Both the position numbers and the translations under genes were made by a program. Shown one piece after another: positions 44,232-56,461 of a stretch of DNA of 64,000 bases. The stretch is from Trichinella spiralis (Eukaryota). Numbering within the stretch: the stretch's first letter is position 1; each line of letters starts with the position of its first letter. The stretch lies in assembly GCF_000181795.1 (NCBI RefSeq), contig NW_003526941.1:9972493-10036492 (forward strand), in the 5' to 3' direction. The notes under the pieces are model-generated. The model ran no database searches. It was given only the letters and a program-made list of their open reading frames with translations, and was not told the origin of the DNA.

Positions 44232-46509
44232 ATGATGAATGATGAAGGTTCCACCTCGTCGCTTTCAGCCGACACACTTGATGTTCGAAATGGAGCCGAC
44301 TCAACCAGAAATGGTATATTATCAATTTGTTTATTAATTTTCATTTTACTTATTTATTTCTTTATTTTTCAGATAAATGTGAGTTCACTATGTTTTAAAA
44401 TTATAATATGATAGATGTTTGATTTTGCTTCACTCAACATTTGAATTAGTCAAATTACGTCTGTGCGTTTGCTCATTTGTGACGCGATCACACCTGTCGT
44501 GACCGTCTGTAATGTTTTCATTTGAAATTAATGCATAGAAGGAAAATTTTTGACTTATTTTTTAATTTTATTTCTGATTTGATTATTTTTTATCATAAGG
44601 CGTGATCGATTAATCATAACGCAATTTAGTTTCGCGTGGGAAGTGCTGCTTTACTATGACTGCGACATTTGCGTTTTTCGCGCTGTTTTGAATTGTACAT
44701 TAAACTGAGGTATTTTTATCGTTTAAAAGACGAGTTAATATTTAAATTAGTAATTCTGTTGCACAAATAGCTTTATGTTGGTTAGCTTGTTGCCGCTTTT
44801 TTCATTTATCCTTTGGGCGCAAGAACGCCAATGATCTGCGCTGTTTAGTAGTAATAAAGCACACATGTGTATGTGATTTGTTGTTAAAGAAAGCTAGGCG
44901 TGCTTTGGCTTCATTTTTTCCATCAGTGGTTTTACAAATGTAAATGTGGTAAAAATTTTTTTATTATCTGTGAAACTTTGATGAATTGGTACACTTTTTT
45001 CTTATTGTCCAGTTAGCGCAGGACAATTTGTAATCGTTGGCATTTATCAAATTTGACGACATTCAGCTTTTTGTTATTGATTTTTTCCAGATGATAAAGC
45101 GTCAAAGCCTCCTTACTCCATTCCTGGAGTGCTTCATTTCATTCAGCACGAATGGGTCAAATTTGAGATGGATCGTTCTCAATGGGAAGTTGAAAAGGCA
45201 GAACTTTTGGTGTGAATACTTGAAACTAGTGAAAATTGTTTAATATTTATTAAATGAAACTTGTTTTGATTGACAGTCCCGAATTGCATTTTTGCAAGGT
45301 GAGCGAAAAGGGCAGGAAAATTTGAAGAATGATCTCGTGCGGCGGATCAAAATGCTGGAATATGCTTTGAAACTTGAAAGGTATAAATAAATATTTCTTT
45401 TTTGACTAACCAGGTTTCAATGTTATGTTTCTTTAAAAAATTGCATTCTGGTAGGGAATTTTATTTTTCTTAATTTCATTTTTCTGCAATTAATTGCGAC
45501 GGCAAGTTAATGACTTTTTCACTTCGATGCTGTGCCATTTTGTATGTCGAATTCGTATCTTATTTAATTGATTTTCAGGTACAATAATATTTTTAGTTTA
45601 ATTAATGATTTTGATTGATATTTGTTTAAATATAGAATATTGATTTTTATTTTGCATGAGATATTTATTTTTTATATTTGTATGTTTTATTCACTGAAAA
45701 AAAGACTGTTAGCTGTTAAATACAATATTTGTATTAAGCATTGCAAATTTTCATTAAGCAAATGCATATTTATATTATATGTATCTTTTTTAAAATTTAG
45801 TTTAATTTGGCTCAGCCTTCTATGTATAATTTAAATTTGATTTAGAATTTTCTGTTGAACGTCAATTATACTTCAGTCTGTTTAAAGCTAAAATTACATA
45901 CATGCCTGCAGTATGTCACAGAAGTGTTGAAAAATGTTTTAGGGAAAAAAATCAAAAACTTTTGCATGGAGAAGCGAAAGAAGAAACCGAGGAGCCTGAT
46001 GCGGCTGAATATTCAGCACTGGATAATCAGATTCCAAGTGATTTAGATGCTGTGCCTGCCAATCAAACTAGAAGTGGTCTTTGCTGGCGCAAAGGGCGCT
46101 TACTGCTGAAACAGTAAATAATAAAAATTAAAAATTTATCTCTAAGAAAATCAAACAAAAAATCATTATTTTAGATATTTGCAAGAAATTGGTTATACTG
46201 ATACTATATTAGACGTGAAAAATTTTCGAATTCGTTCTTTACTTGGACTGAACCCTGAAGCAGAAAGCAATCTCATCAATGGTAATGTTTTTTTTTTGAA
46301 TTTTTTTATTGTGAATTAGGATTAAATGGGGTTAGCTTGTAAAATCTATTTTTGATGAAATTGTGCAAAAAAAATATTAAATAACTCATGCAAGTAATAT
46401 ATCTGTTGGAAAATTTTAACCTTTCCATAATTGATCTATTTATTCAAGCGGCGGAGAAGTATCATAATGCAAATTATGATTTTTATGAGCATATTAATGA
46501 AAAGACCAG
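44232..46509 (+). CDS. STRN: Striatin (STRIPAK scaffold, cash-1-like), 5' part only
   Basis: Exons 44232-44313, 45091-45209, 45277-45380, 45943-46113, 46175-46281 and probably 46449-46509 give YSIPGVLHFIQHEW...RIAFLQGERKGQENLKNDLVRRIKMLEYALK...GRLLLKQYLQEIGYTDTILD. The WD40 exons are not visible. Confidence 0.92.
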
Positions 46510-46545
46510 GTTTTTGGAAAAATACTTGAATATTTCTTTATGTTG

Positions 46546-46555
46546 NNNNNNNNNN
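46546..46555. other. Assembly gap (10 N)
   Basis: Run of 10 N. Confidence 0.99.
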
Positions 46556-47780
46556 TTTTTTCGGCATAATCAACTTCATAAGTTATTATGTCCCTTTTTT
46601 TTCATTCTGTATATTTTCATTAAGAAAAACAAGAACAAAGTTTGTATTTTTCTGTAAAATGCATTAAATATATTTTATTATTTTTCAAGTAATCAAAATA
46701 TTATGAATTGAACAAATTAAATAAAATTCTACTGAAATTTTGATATATTATTGCAATAACAAATTTATGAACAATACAATGCGATTACTGTAATTTACAA
46801 CTTTTTAAGATGATGTCATATGATGAGAAGGAATGCATGAAAATAAAATATTCCGATTCAGAAAATTCTTTCATGGTTAATTTTCTGTTTTACCATAAAT
46901 AAGTAAAATGATAATATCTTTCTCAAGCAAGCGAATTTCGCTAGTTGAATAAAAATTTAATTATTTGCGTGTTTTACTGATTTGTTTTACTTTTAATTTG
47001 GGAAGTTTCAGTTTGACCAGAAATTTTTCAAAAATTCTTCAAAGAATGGAACATGAATTCAAAGTTATGAGCTTTTTTGAATTTATGAAAATAAAATTAC
47101 TTTAATTACTTGACCGTTTACTTTTTCCACAAATTCATGCACAAAACACAGCCAATCGTTTGCTGATTTGAATAATGGTATATTTGAATCAGAAAGTAGG
47201 AAATAATTTTATACTCGAAAAATTGTCCTGCACAGCTACAAGATAGTACAACCAGCTGAAATGAACAAAATAATACTGATAGAAAGTTATTTTAAAGTTT
47301 AAAATCGTCCGAACGATGGTTTCAGCTGATAGGAAATGGTCAGCTTTGGCACTGGTTTTCTAATTTAGCAATCACTGTACAGACGTTTTCCATCACTGAA
47401 ATAATGTCATTTTGTCGATTTGTTTGCTTTTTAACAATTACTTCGCTGTAAAAAAACCTTCAATTCAACAAGCTGAAAGTAAAAATATAAAATTGAAAAT
47501 GTCACCAAGTAAAGAAAAGTAAAGTAGAGCGAAGCAAAGAAAACTTAGTGGAATAAGTTAAATGGTTTGAGAAAATAAGTTTTTAAATTTTAATCTTGAC
47601 AGACAACCAAAAATTATTCAGTGAATAATTCTTCAAGAAAAAAAACGTCGTGATAGTGAATTTAAAAAAAAGATAACCTTATTTAATTAGTTGAAATTTG
47701 TTTTTGAAAAAAACACACTGAACAGATAAGAATAAACCTTGAAAATCAGAATAAAATTAATTACTGTAAAGGTGCGCAGT

Positions 47781-48437
47781 TTATTCGGACGTGGTGGATT
47801 TTTTGTACCGGGCCGTCGGTCCCCGTCGCAACGCTTTCACGTACCAGTAGAAATGCCACAGGATGAGCGTGAATATCCAGTTGAAAAAAGTTCCGGCGAA
47901 ATAGATGGATGTATTGGTCGAAACTTCGCCGAAACGGTTGATCAATGCCGAAAGCATTTTTGGCAACGTGGCCAACAACAAGATGATCAAGCCAAGCGAA
48001 TAAATGCTCTGCACAAAGACGGCTGGTCTCAGCAAAGCCGGCTGAGCGGTCCGAGGCAACAGGGCTACTTGTACAAGAAGAAGTAGAAGTGAAATGAGAT
48101 GAACTAAACACCAGACAAAACGCATATAGCCGCCGTCGAGGTGATTTGCCACGCATTTGTCTGTGCCGAGCAGTTGTTGAAAAAGGCCATAGTCGAAAAC
48201 GATCACATCCACTGCCAAAAATTGGCTGTGATTTTTGCCGGCAACGGTCGTGTTGAAATGACAATTGAACACACCCTCGCCATTGCACATCGAATAGGCG
48301 TGCTGGGCGAAAGATGCGGCCACAATCAGCAGCTGAAGGGCCGCAAACACTGTACTGATCAGTTGATTTTCGGCGGACCACTTCCAGACATGGGTCTGGT
48401 GATCGTCGATCACACAAACGCCACCACAAAGACGCAT
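47781..48437 (-). CDS. Uncharacterised four-TM membrane protein (218 aa from the first ATG), intron-free CDS
   Basis: GC-rich ORF with four hydrophobic segments. The first loop has three Cys and NTT/NHS sequons, and the C-tail is basic. The ORF-track start at 48449 is TTG; the first in-frame ATG is 48437. Confidence 0.8.
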   Translation of the reverse strand: MRLCGGVCVIDDHQTHVWKWSAENQLISTVFAALQLLIVAASFAQHAYSMCNGEGVFNCHFNTTVAGKNHSQFLAVDVIVFDYGLFQQLLGTDKCVANHLDGGYMRFVWCLVHLISLLLLLVQVALLPRTAQPALLRPAVFVQSIYSLGLIILLLATLPKMLSALINRFGEVSTNTSIYFAGTFFNWIFTLILWHFYWYVKALRRGPTARYKKSTTSE

Positions 48438-51400
48438 CAGTGCGGTCAATTTGGACCGTTGGCCATGATTGTACGTTTTGCATGGGCAATTTGATTGTAC
48501 TCTTATAAGATTGATGAAAAACTTCTTTGTATTTTTTCAATCCAAACCGAACCAATTACCAACGCCAGATGGTAACACTGTGTTTGCTTTTCAGCTTATC
48601 CTCCTATTCAGCTCAGCATGTTTTTTTTGTTCGCTTGTTTCAAATATTTTCTCAATGCCAGCAGATTGACGCGGTGTGCAGCAGCGTCAAGCTAACTGAC
48701 TCAGCTCGAATCGGCTTGGTTCAGCTAAGCTCGTCGCATTTGCCGGCGTATTAATGATGTTCTAAAGCCGAAGTGTCATTCGTGATTGTCTGAACCTATC
48801 AGAGTTGGTGAATTTAATTTTCGTTCATCGTTGCCTGACGGTCGATTGCAATCACATTAATCCGCCAAATTGGCTTCTCTCAATAACTGACGCGCCAAAA
48901 TGACCAACATCGACCACCGACTTTTACCCTTTCACTTTCTCCACATCATCACCGGTAAACTGCTCATCTGCCCAATTTGACACCCATAATATTGACAAAT
49001 TGTTTACTTTGTTCCTATATTTATTAATTTATTTATAGGAGCTAACTAAACCAAAGAAAAACCGTTAACAAAATAATCAAACAATTTAAAACTAAAATGA
49101 GTGAAGACAACCATCATTGTTCGTTAATGTATATTCTTTTGAAAACGTTCACAAGTAAATGACATTCACAAATTGATAAAGACATTGTTAACAAAAAATT
49201 AAACTTTAAAGCATCAATTGTTAACGACTGAAACGTAATAATAAAACTACGGTAATTTTTCAAATTACTCAACATTATAGACAGACAGACAAAGACATTG
49301 TAAAATATTTCTCTCAATTCTATCACACATATTATAATTTTGCTACCTATTATTACGTCGGCAAGAAATCTATAACAATGAAAGAAGAAAAAAAATTAAT
49401 TTAGCTTTCAGTTCAAATAGGCATTTAATAAATGAAAAGGAAAAATCGATTGTATTTGTATTTTTAAACTTATTGTACGTAGTGATGTTGTTTTTCTGCT
49501 AATAAATAAATGTAAATTGAATTTCAAGCAAAAATCCCTTTATAATTAATAGTTGTTGTTAAAATTATTCAAATGTTTCAAAAATTAATAAATAAAAAAA
49601 TAAGTAAAAAGCTGTATGTTTCAAATTAGTAAAAAGCAAATTACACAATTAACTGGGCAATGGCCAAGTGGAAGTGGAGAAGTTGCGTTTCTGTTGAGAC
49701 GCGCCACAGCGACAGTTACTTTGATCAGGAAATGAGAAATTACATCTGAAATTAAAGAAAAGCAAAGATTTAATTGGCAATTTCTCGTGGAAACAAGAAA
49801 TTAGATTGCATTTTTGAAAATTGAAATCAATTGCACGCACTGGAGAAAGTTTCAAAGTGATAAATCGACATGCACAATGTGCCACGTGCGTAGGCAAAAA
49901 CCAAAGCAAGCGTAACAGACATTGGCACACACACACACACTTACATGTATGTATATGTACGGCTTTCAAATTTTCCTTTCTAACAATTGCAACAAAAATT
50001 GATCTGAATAATACGAACAAAAATGGTGAACAAATTTCCCTCGCCACAATTGTCAAAGTTGAATTGATTACAATTATATTATATACAAGATGAAAAAAAA
50101 ATTTCATTTCCAAAACGAACGAACACTTTACCATTTTCATTACAATACACACATACATGTGCATATAATGACGATTGGAAACTGAATAACCAAAAATACA
50201 TTATACAACTGACGAAATTCAACTCAAGTTTAATTTCAATTGATTGTAATATAATTTTATTTCAGAAAATATTTCAATTCAATTTAGTAATTATTTATCA
50301 AAAAAAATAACACATTTTAAAAATTTTACAGAAAAAAAACATTCTTTGATATTGATAATACAAAAATTATAGAATAACAAAAATAGGTTAATGAATTTCA
50401 AGTACATTTAAATTTGAATATTCATATATTCCAATTTGTGTTTGAAGGATAATTTTTTTTGAATAATATACTGCGAAAAATGCATCCGTATTCAAAATAA
50501 ATAACAACAACAATTGTGAAGTGGAGAAGGATAAATAAAATAGAATTGATCCAAAAAGGCGGGCGACATGAAATTCACCGCTTTCAATTGCCCAAGCAAG
50601 AATGCGATATGCCAGTAGCTAGTTATTCAAGCAAACAAAATCAACACAACCGGAAGAAACTGGATGCCCATCGCATCTTGCATTTCCAATTGTCATCTTT
50701 CAATGATGACTAAATATATCTGATGAACGGTGAAAAACGCTGTCTCTTCGCTTTTTCATCTATTGCGTGCTTATCAACTTTTCTCTGATGCATACTAATT
50801 TAAAATTTTTCACACCGCAAATAGAAATTGACAAACAAACCCAACCGTATTCAATAAATTCGTCATAATGAAAAATGTCCTGTTTAATGTGTGGAAATTT
50901 TTTTCAAAAATCAAATCATTCAAAAATTCAATATTCCATCATTTCAAATTGACGCTTGTACACGTTTGGACAATTGAAAAAATAAAACATTTTATACTTC
51001 AACAAATCAGTAAAATTATTAAATGTTATTTTTAAGCAGTGTTCCAATTCAATTTACACTTTATAATAATCCACTGAAAAATAATTACAAGAGTTTTATT
51101 TGTTTTCTCAAAATATCTTATTACATTGAAAAAGTAATCATTTTCTGTAATGAACTTTATGTACAAAAGAAAAGAAATTAATTATAAAAATATTGGGAAA
51201 AAATCAAAATTTTCATTATCATTAATTCATACACCAATCCTAATTATATGTGGTGATATTGCAAAAACGAAGATGCCATTTCAAATCAAAAAGTTGTTAC
51301 ATTTTTAGCGAAATGTTTTGGCATTTTAAACAATTATTTCGTCATCTATGGATATTTTTTTAATTATAAATGTTCTCAACTTTCATGTGCTTGCACTATG

Positions 51401-52021
51401 CTTTGTAACACATTAGCAAGCAAGCAGGTATTAAAAGGCTGGAAAGTTTGACCTTGAATTGTGGACCATTCGATTAAAATTAAACAAACGGCTACAGTTG
51501 GTTGTAATTTCAAATTGCTCATACTGTACAATCGGTAGAAATTTGCCTCTTCTGTATTCGTAATATGCACAGAAAATAGATATACGAACAAAATGAACAT
51601 ATTTTTCTTCTTTCACATTACAACCAACAATAAGCAATTTCGACCCAAGTATCCAACCTGTATAAGTGACAAAAACTGAACAATCGATTCAAAATTGTCT
51701 CATAAATTAGAACAAAAAAATACAATTAATTTATTGTGCAAGAAATAAAGAATATTGAAAAAAAAGGTTTGAATAATCTAAAATTTTGGTTTCTTCAAAT
51801 TTCTTCTCCAGGGAAAATCTACTCGTTTGTATTTGTAATTTCTAGTTTTGGGTGATTGGCGTAATAATGGGTGATTGATGACGGGAAAAATTAACAAAGA
51901 ATAAAGTCAAATCAGAGGAAAAACAAATCAAACAAGAGGAATAGATAAATTTAAAAGGAAATTTTTGATCTGATCACAAATTTTTAGGTAAAGTGAAGAA
52001 TAAATGAAGCAAATGATGATG

Positions 52022-53491
52022 CTAAACTTCGTAATTGCTAGACGCTGTACGTCCCCCGTGACCAGTCCAATCAGAGTGGACAAAAACACCAACGTTGTCT
52101 TTTCGTTGATAAGTATGCGCACCAAAACCGTCACGCAAAGCTTGCAAAAGACTGGCTGGCAAATCTACACAACGAAAGCCGTCGTAAAATGCCAACGTCG
52201 AAGCAAATGCCGGCATTGGAATGCCCAACAAAGCCGACTTGGAAACAATTGTACGCCACGAATCTTGACACTCTTTGACGGCTGCGGAGAAAAATTGGTC
52301 AAACAATAAATTATGCATATTCGTATCACGATCAAACGCTTGTTTGATACGATTCAAAAATCCACTACGAATGATGCAACCGCCACGCCACATCAGTGCA
52401 ATTTTTCCATAATCCAAATTCCATTTATATTCAGTCGATGCTCGTTGCAACATCATGAAACCCTGAGCGTAAGAAACAATCTTGGATACGTACAAGGCTT
52501 TGCGAAGATGTTCGACCAAATCTTTCTGTTGTTCAACATTCAAAGGATCCAAGTGTTGATTGCTGGCTGGCAGACGGACGCTGGCCACTTTACGATCCTG
52601 AACCAACGCTGATAAGCATCTAGCAAACACTGCTTCAGCAATGGAAGACAACGGTATGCCTAGATCGAGCGCTGATACGGCCGTCCATTTTCCTGTCCCT
52701 TTTTGACCGGCACTGTCAAGAATTTTGGTCACCAACGGATCGCCATCTTTGTCCTTCACTCGAAGCACCGTGGCGGTCAATTCGACCAGATACGAGTCGA
52801 GCTCGGTTCGATTCCAGCGGTCAAACACATCGGCCATTTGGTCGTGGTTCAAACCGATCACATCGCGCAGAAAATGATAACTTTCACTGATCAACTGCAT
52901 GTCGCCATATTCGATTCCATTGTGGACCATTTTCACATAATGACCAGCACCATCTGACCCAACCCAATCGCAACAAGGCTCGCCGTCAACTTTTGCAGCG
53001 ATCGACTGAAAAATTGGCTTCAAATGTGGCCACGCTTCGACAGCACCACCGGGCATCAACGAAGGCCCGTGTCTTGCACCGTCCTCGCCTCCGCTGACTC
53101 CACACCCGACATAGTGCATGCCATGTTGTTTCAAATGCGCATATCGTCGCTGAGTGTCGTGATATTCAGAGTTGCCGCCATCGATTATGATATCGCCTTT
53201 TTCAAGAACACTGAGAAGTTTTTCAATGAAATCATCCACAGCAGATCCAGCTTTGACCATAAGCATCACACGACGTGGTCGTCTTAAACAGGCAGCCATT
53301 TCTTCGAGACTGTGAGCACCGATCACGCGTGTTCCACGAGCTTCGTTGTTCAAAAAATCGTCAACCTTCGAAACAGTCCTATTAAAGGCGCACACGACGT
53401 ATCCTTTATCATTCATGTTTAAAATCAAATTTTGGCCCATCACAGCCAAACCAATAACCGCAATGTCTGCCTCAGCAGTTGGCATTGTCAT
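52022..53491 (-). CDS. PGD: 6-phosphogluconate dehydrogenase, decarboxylating (489 aa), intron-free CDS
   Basis: IGLAVMGQNL, GVSGGEDGA, GHYVKMVHNGIEYGDMQ, GQKGTGKWT, WRGGCIIRS, FGAHTY; animal-type N- and C-termini. Confidence 0.98.
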   Translation of the reverse strand: MTMPTAEADIAVIGLAVMGQNLILNMNDKGYVVCAFNRTVSKVDDFLNNEARGTRVIGAHSLEEMAACLRRPRRVMLMVKAGSAVDDFIEKLLSVLEKGDIIIDGGNSEYHDTQRRYAHLKQHGMHYVGCGVSGGEDGARHGPSLMPGGAVEAWPHLKPIFQSIAAKVDGEPCCDWVGSDGAGHYVKMVHNGIEYGDMQLISESYHFLRDVIGLNHDQMADVFDRWNRTELDSYLVELTATVLRVKDKDGDPLVTKILDSAGQKGTGKWTAVSALDLGIPLSSIAEAVFARCLSALVQDRKVASVRLPASNQHLDPLNVEQQKDLVEHLRKALYVSKIVSYAQGFMMLQRASTEYKWNLDYGKIALMWRGGCIIRSGFLNRIKQAFDRDTNMHNLLFDQFFSAAVKECQDSWRTIVSKSALLGIPMPAFASTLAFYDGFRCVDLPASLLQALRDGFGAHTYQRKDNVGVFVHSDWTGHGGRTASSNYEV

Positions 53492-54234
53492 GGTGTCCGA
53501 GAAATCAATTTATCAATACTGGCCCGAACAGCTGAAAAAATAACATTAACAACCATGACAGTATTCGATTTTCAAGTGTAATTTAAAAATTAATTGTCGT
53601 GTATTGAACTTTTTGTATTGAAATATTACAAATAAATAACATTATTAATAAATAAACTATTGAAAATATTTTTTTTAATTAAAACTAGCAATAATATCAA
53701 CCATGTCGGATCAAATGAAATAAAAGTATTACTGTATTTTTTGTTGCTCAGGCTTAAATTTTTGCAAAAGAATACAACATGAATTTTTACATTTATATCA
53801 ACAGTAACTTAAAAAACAAAATATTGATTTTAAATCAAATTTTCAAAAATGAATGTTTCTTTTTCAACAATTTCGCATAAACATAAACTTATTATGGTAA
53901 AACTCTGCGTTTAGTTTGCGGCAGCAGTGTACAAACGAATGCATCGGATAATTAACTAAAAAACATTACCTTTCGCGATGAAATATTTTTTGTAAAATTC
54001 AAAATGAAAACAAATTTTAAAAACGTATGCTAGATGATGTCATTTTAATTGCGGAAATTTTTTTCAGAAACATAAATAACGATTAACCGATTCGTGAATA
54101 ATACCGAACAGTTTTATCTTTTTTTTCACGGCAAACAACTTGTGCAACGGAATTGGCACATTTGAAATGGCAATAGATAGCAAACAAGTGTGAATAACGT
54201 CAAAAGAAACAAGCACGGCAAAACAGTTCAATGA

Positions 54235-55332
54235 TCAAGGAGTGATAGTCGAATTTTCAAAGAATGTAGAATTCAACATGTCGTGCATAGAATGATCATG
54301 ACCCAGATGACCATGATCATGATTCAGTACACGAAGAAAGCTGATTGTTGAAAATCCAATGATCGCGGACAACAATTTCAGTAAATTGTTTTCGCAGTTC
54401 TCAAGTTCATGATGAAATACTTCGAAAAATGTCACGTACAGAAATGTGCCCACTGAAAGCCCATTCAGAACCATATTTACCATTGATCTAGTGCTTGTCT
54501 GCATAGAACCTTGATGAAGACTGATACCTATGCTGCAGCCAACTGGAGTCATCGCAGCAAAAATTATCATAAAAAGAAGAATCAGCTGAAATTTTCTTAC
54601 ATGAGTTCTTGCTAGCTGAACGCCCACACCAAAAGCTACAATACATTTGTGAATAACAATGCTGAGAAACAACGCAATCACACTTTCATTATTTGTTTGT
54701 ACCCCAAGAGCGAATCCCTCAATTAAAGAATGAACAGACAAAGCGACGAGAAATGTCAACGAGCGAACTTCGTGATTGTGTGGATGCAATTTCAGACCAA
54801 CACACAGTAAAGGATCTTCTTCTACACTACCAGTAGGATGTCGATGCGTTTCTGAATTTGTAACTGTAAGCATTTCAACAACTTGATAATCTCTTCTATC
54901 AGATGCGATATTTCTCGATGGGTTTTCTTCATTTTGTTGAACGACAACATTCTCTTCTTGTGCCATTCGCTTGGCACGTCTTCTGGACAAACAAAAAGTT
55001 ACCATCTCTTCAATGAAGAAAACAAGAAAAAATCCCAAACACGAGATCAATTCTGCCAACGGATAATCACTATCCCAGTTGAACAGTCGTTTAATTACAA
55101 GCAAATCTTCTCGCACTTCAGGAAGCAAATGCAAAAAACATGTAGCCAAAAAAACACCACCATTGAAGCAACTCAAGCTGCAAAGCGTTATTGAAGGCCA
55201 GCGCCTGCGCTTCTTGTCAGATGTGACTTGCTTTCGTAAAATTTGCAATAACTTAACCGGAAAAATGCCAGCTAGCAAAGTCACAACAAACAGAAGAAAC
55301 AAAAATGTTATTTTAAGTTGCAAAGGTTCCAT
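54235..55332 (-). CDS. ZIP (SLC39 subfamily II, ZIP1/2/3-like) zinc transporter, intron-free CDS
   Basis: GGVFLATCFLHLLPE, ALSVHSLIEGFALG, HKCIVAF, GTFLYVTFFE; about 8 TM segments; His-rich loop and tail. Confidence 0.95.
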   Translation of the reverse strand: MEPLQLKITFLFLLFVVTLLAGIFPVKLLQILRKQVTSDKKRRRWPSITLCSLSCFNGGVFLATCFLHLLPEVREDLLVIKRLFNWDSDYPLAELISCLGFFLVFFIEEMVTFCLSRRRAKRMAQEENVVVQQNEENPSRNIASDRRDYQVVEMLTVTNSETHRHPTGSVEEDPLLCVGLKLHPHNHEVRSLTFLVALSVHSLIEGFALGVQTNNESVIALFLSIVIHKCIVAFGVGVQLARTHVRKFQLILLFMIIFAAMTPVGCSIGISLHQGSMQTSTRSMVNMVLNGLSVGTFLYVTFFEVFHHELENCENNLLKLLSAIIGFSTISFLRVLNHDHGHLGHDHSMHDMLNSTFFENSTITP

Positions 55333-56461
55333 TCACAAAATCTAAATATAACTGATTATTTTATGCATAAAACTGAAAAAAATTACTTGCTATGTAAATT
55401 TTTTGTTCTCACACCCGTTTTATAAATATTATGGTCTTTTAAGGTATATTAAAGAATAAAATAATGCAAAAAAAATAAAAGTTATAACGCATAAACAATT
55501 TAAGAAGAACAAATAAACACTGCCAACTTGAACGAAACACTTACAGTGCATATCTTTTTTATGACAGTAAAGTACAAATAAAAAATACAGTATATATGTG
55601 TGAGATTAAATTTCAAATAAGCGTATACGCTTCATTTAAGCATTAAAATTTGAAATTATTTCAAAAAATTTATTTTTATAAATTGCATTTTATGTTTATA
55701 TAAATTTTATAATTTTAAAACTACGTAATATGTGATAAAAAATTCTCAAATTTCATTTGAATTTATTATGAGTGAAGCTGCATTTAATGAGAAAAAAAGT
55801 AAAATAGATAGTATGAAATAAATAAAAATTCAAAAACATGAGTTAATTAAGTAATAATTTTTACAGAGTAACATTTTAAATGCTAAAGTTGAAAATTTTG
55901 AGATGTCATGTTTCAAGTGCTTTGTTGTTGCTTTAAGTACTATGATAAAATTACATAAAAAATCGAAAAGAAACAAATAACTCATTAATTATTGTTGTTC
56001 AATTTATAAATTAATGCAGGTAGAAAATAAAGTAAAAAAATGAGGTCACGAAAGAGTTAAACTTCACAAAAACGGTTTCCCAAAAAGATGAAATTTCAAT
56101 GATCGAAATTCAAAAGACAAAATCTTCGTGATTAAAAAAATTATTTTTATTTCTTTTGCCTTGTTTTGTATTACTTTTGATTTTATTGTCGAAATATCAT
56201 TTGTTTTTGAAAGTCATTGACAAATTTATTCAAGTTGAGATTACAATAACAATAATAATGTTTGTAGAATGAATGAAGAAATTAAGCTACAAAAAGTAGC
56301 AGCATAAAAATATAAATTCGTCTGAAACTTCATTTGCATTATCTTTAAAAAAATAATATCGATAACAACGGAAAACATCCATTCAGTTTAATAATTTATT
56401 TCATGACTTCACCAGTTAATTCACCCACTTATGACAACAGTTCGACAATAACAACAGCGAT

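Noticed and set aside
46388..46657. ORF spanning the N run
   Set aside because: Artefact. Only 46449-46509 is plausibly a striatin exon.
49649..50164. 171-aa Cys/Phe-rich ORF
   Set aside because: Built from TG repeats and T-rich sequence; no coding signature.
52022..53491. Horizontal transfer of 6PGD from bacteria
   Set aside because: Despite lacking introns, its N- and C-terminal sequences are animal-type.
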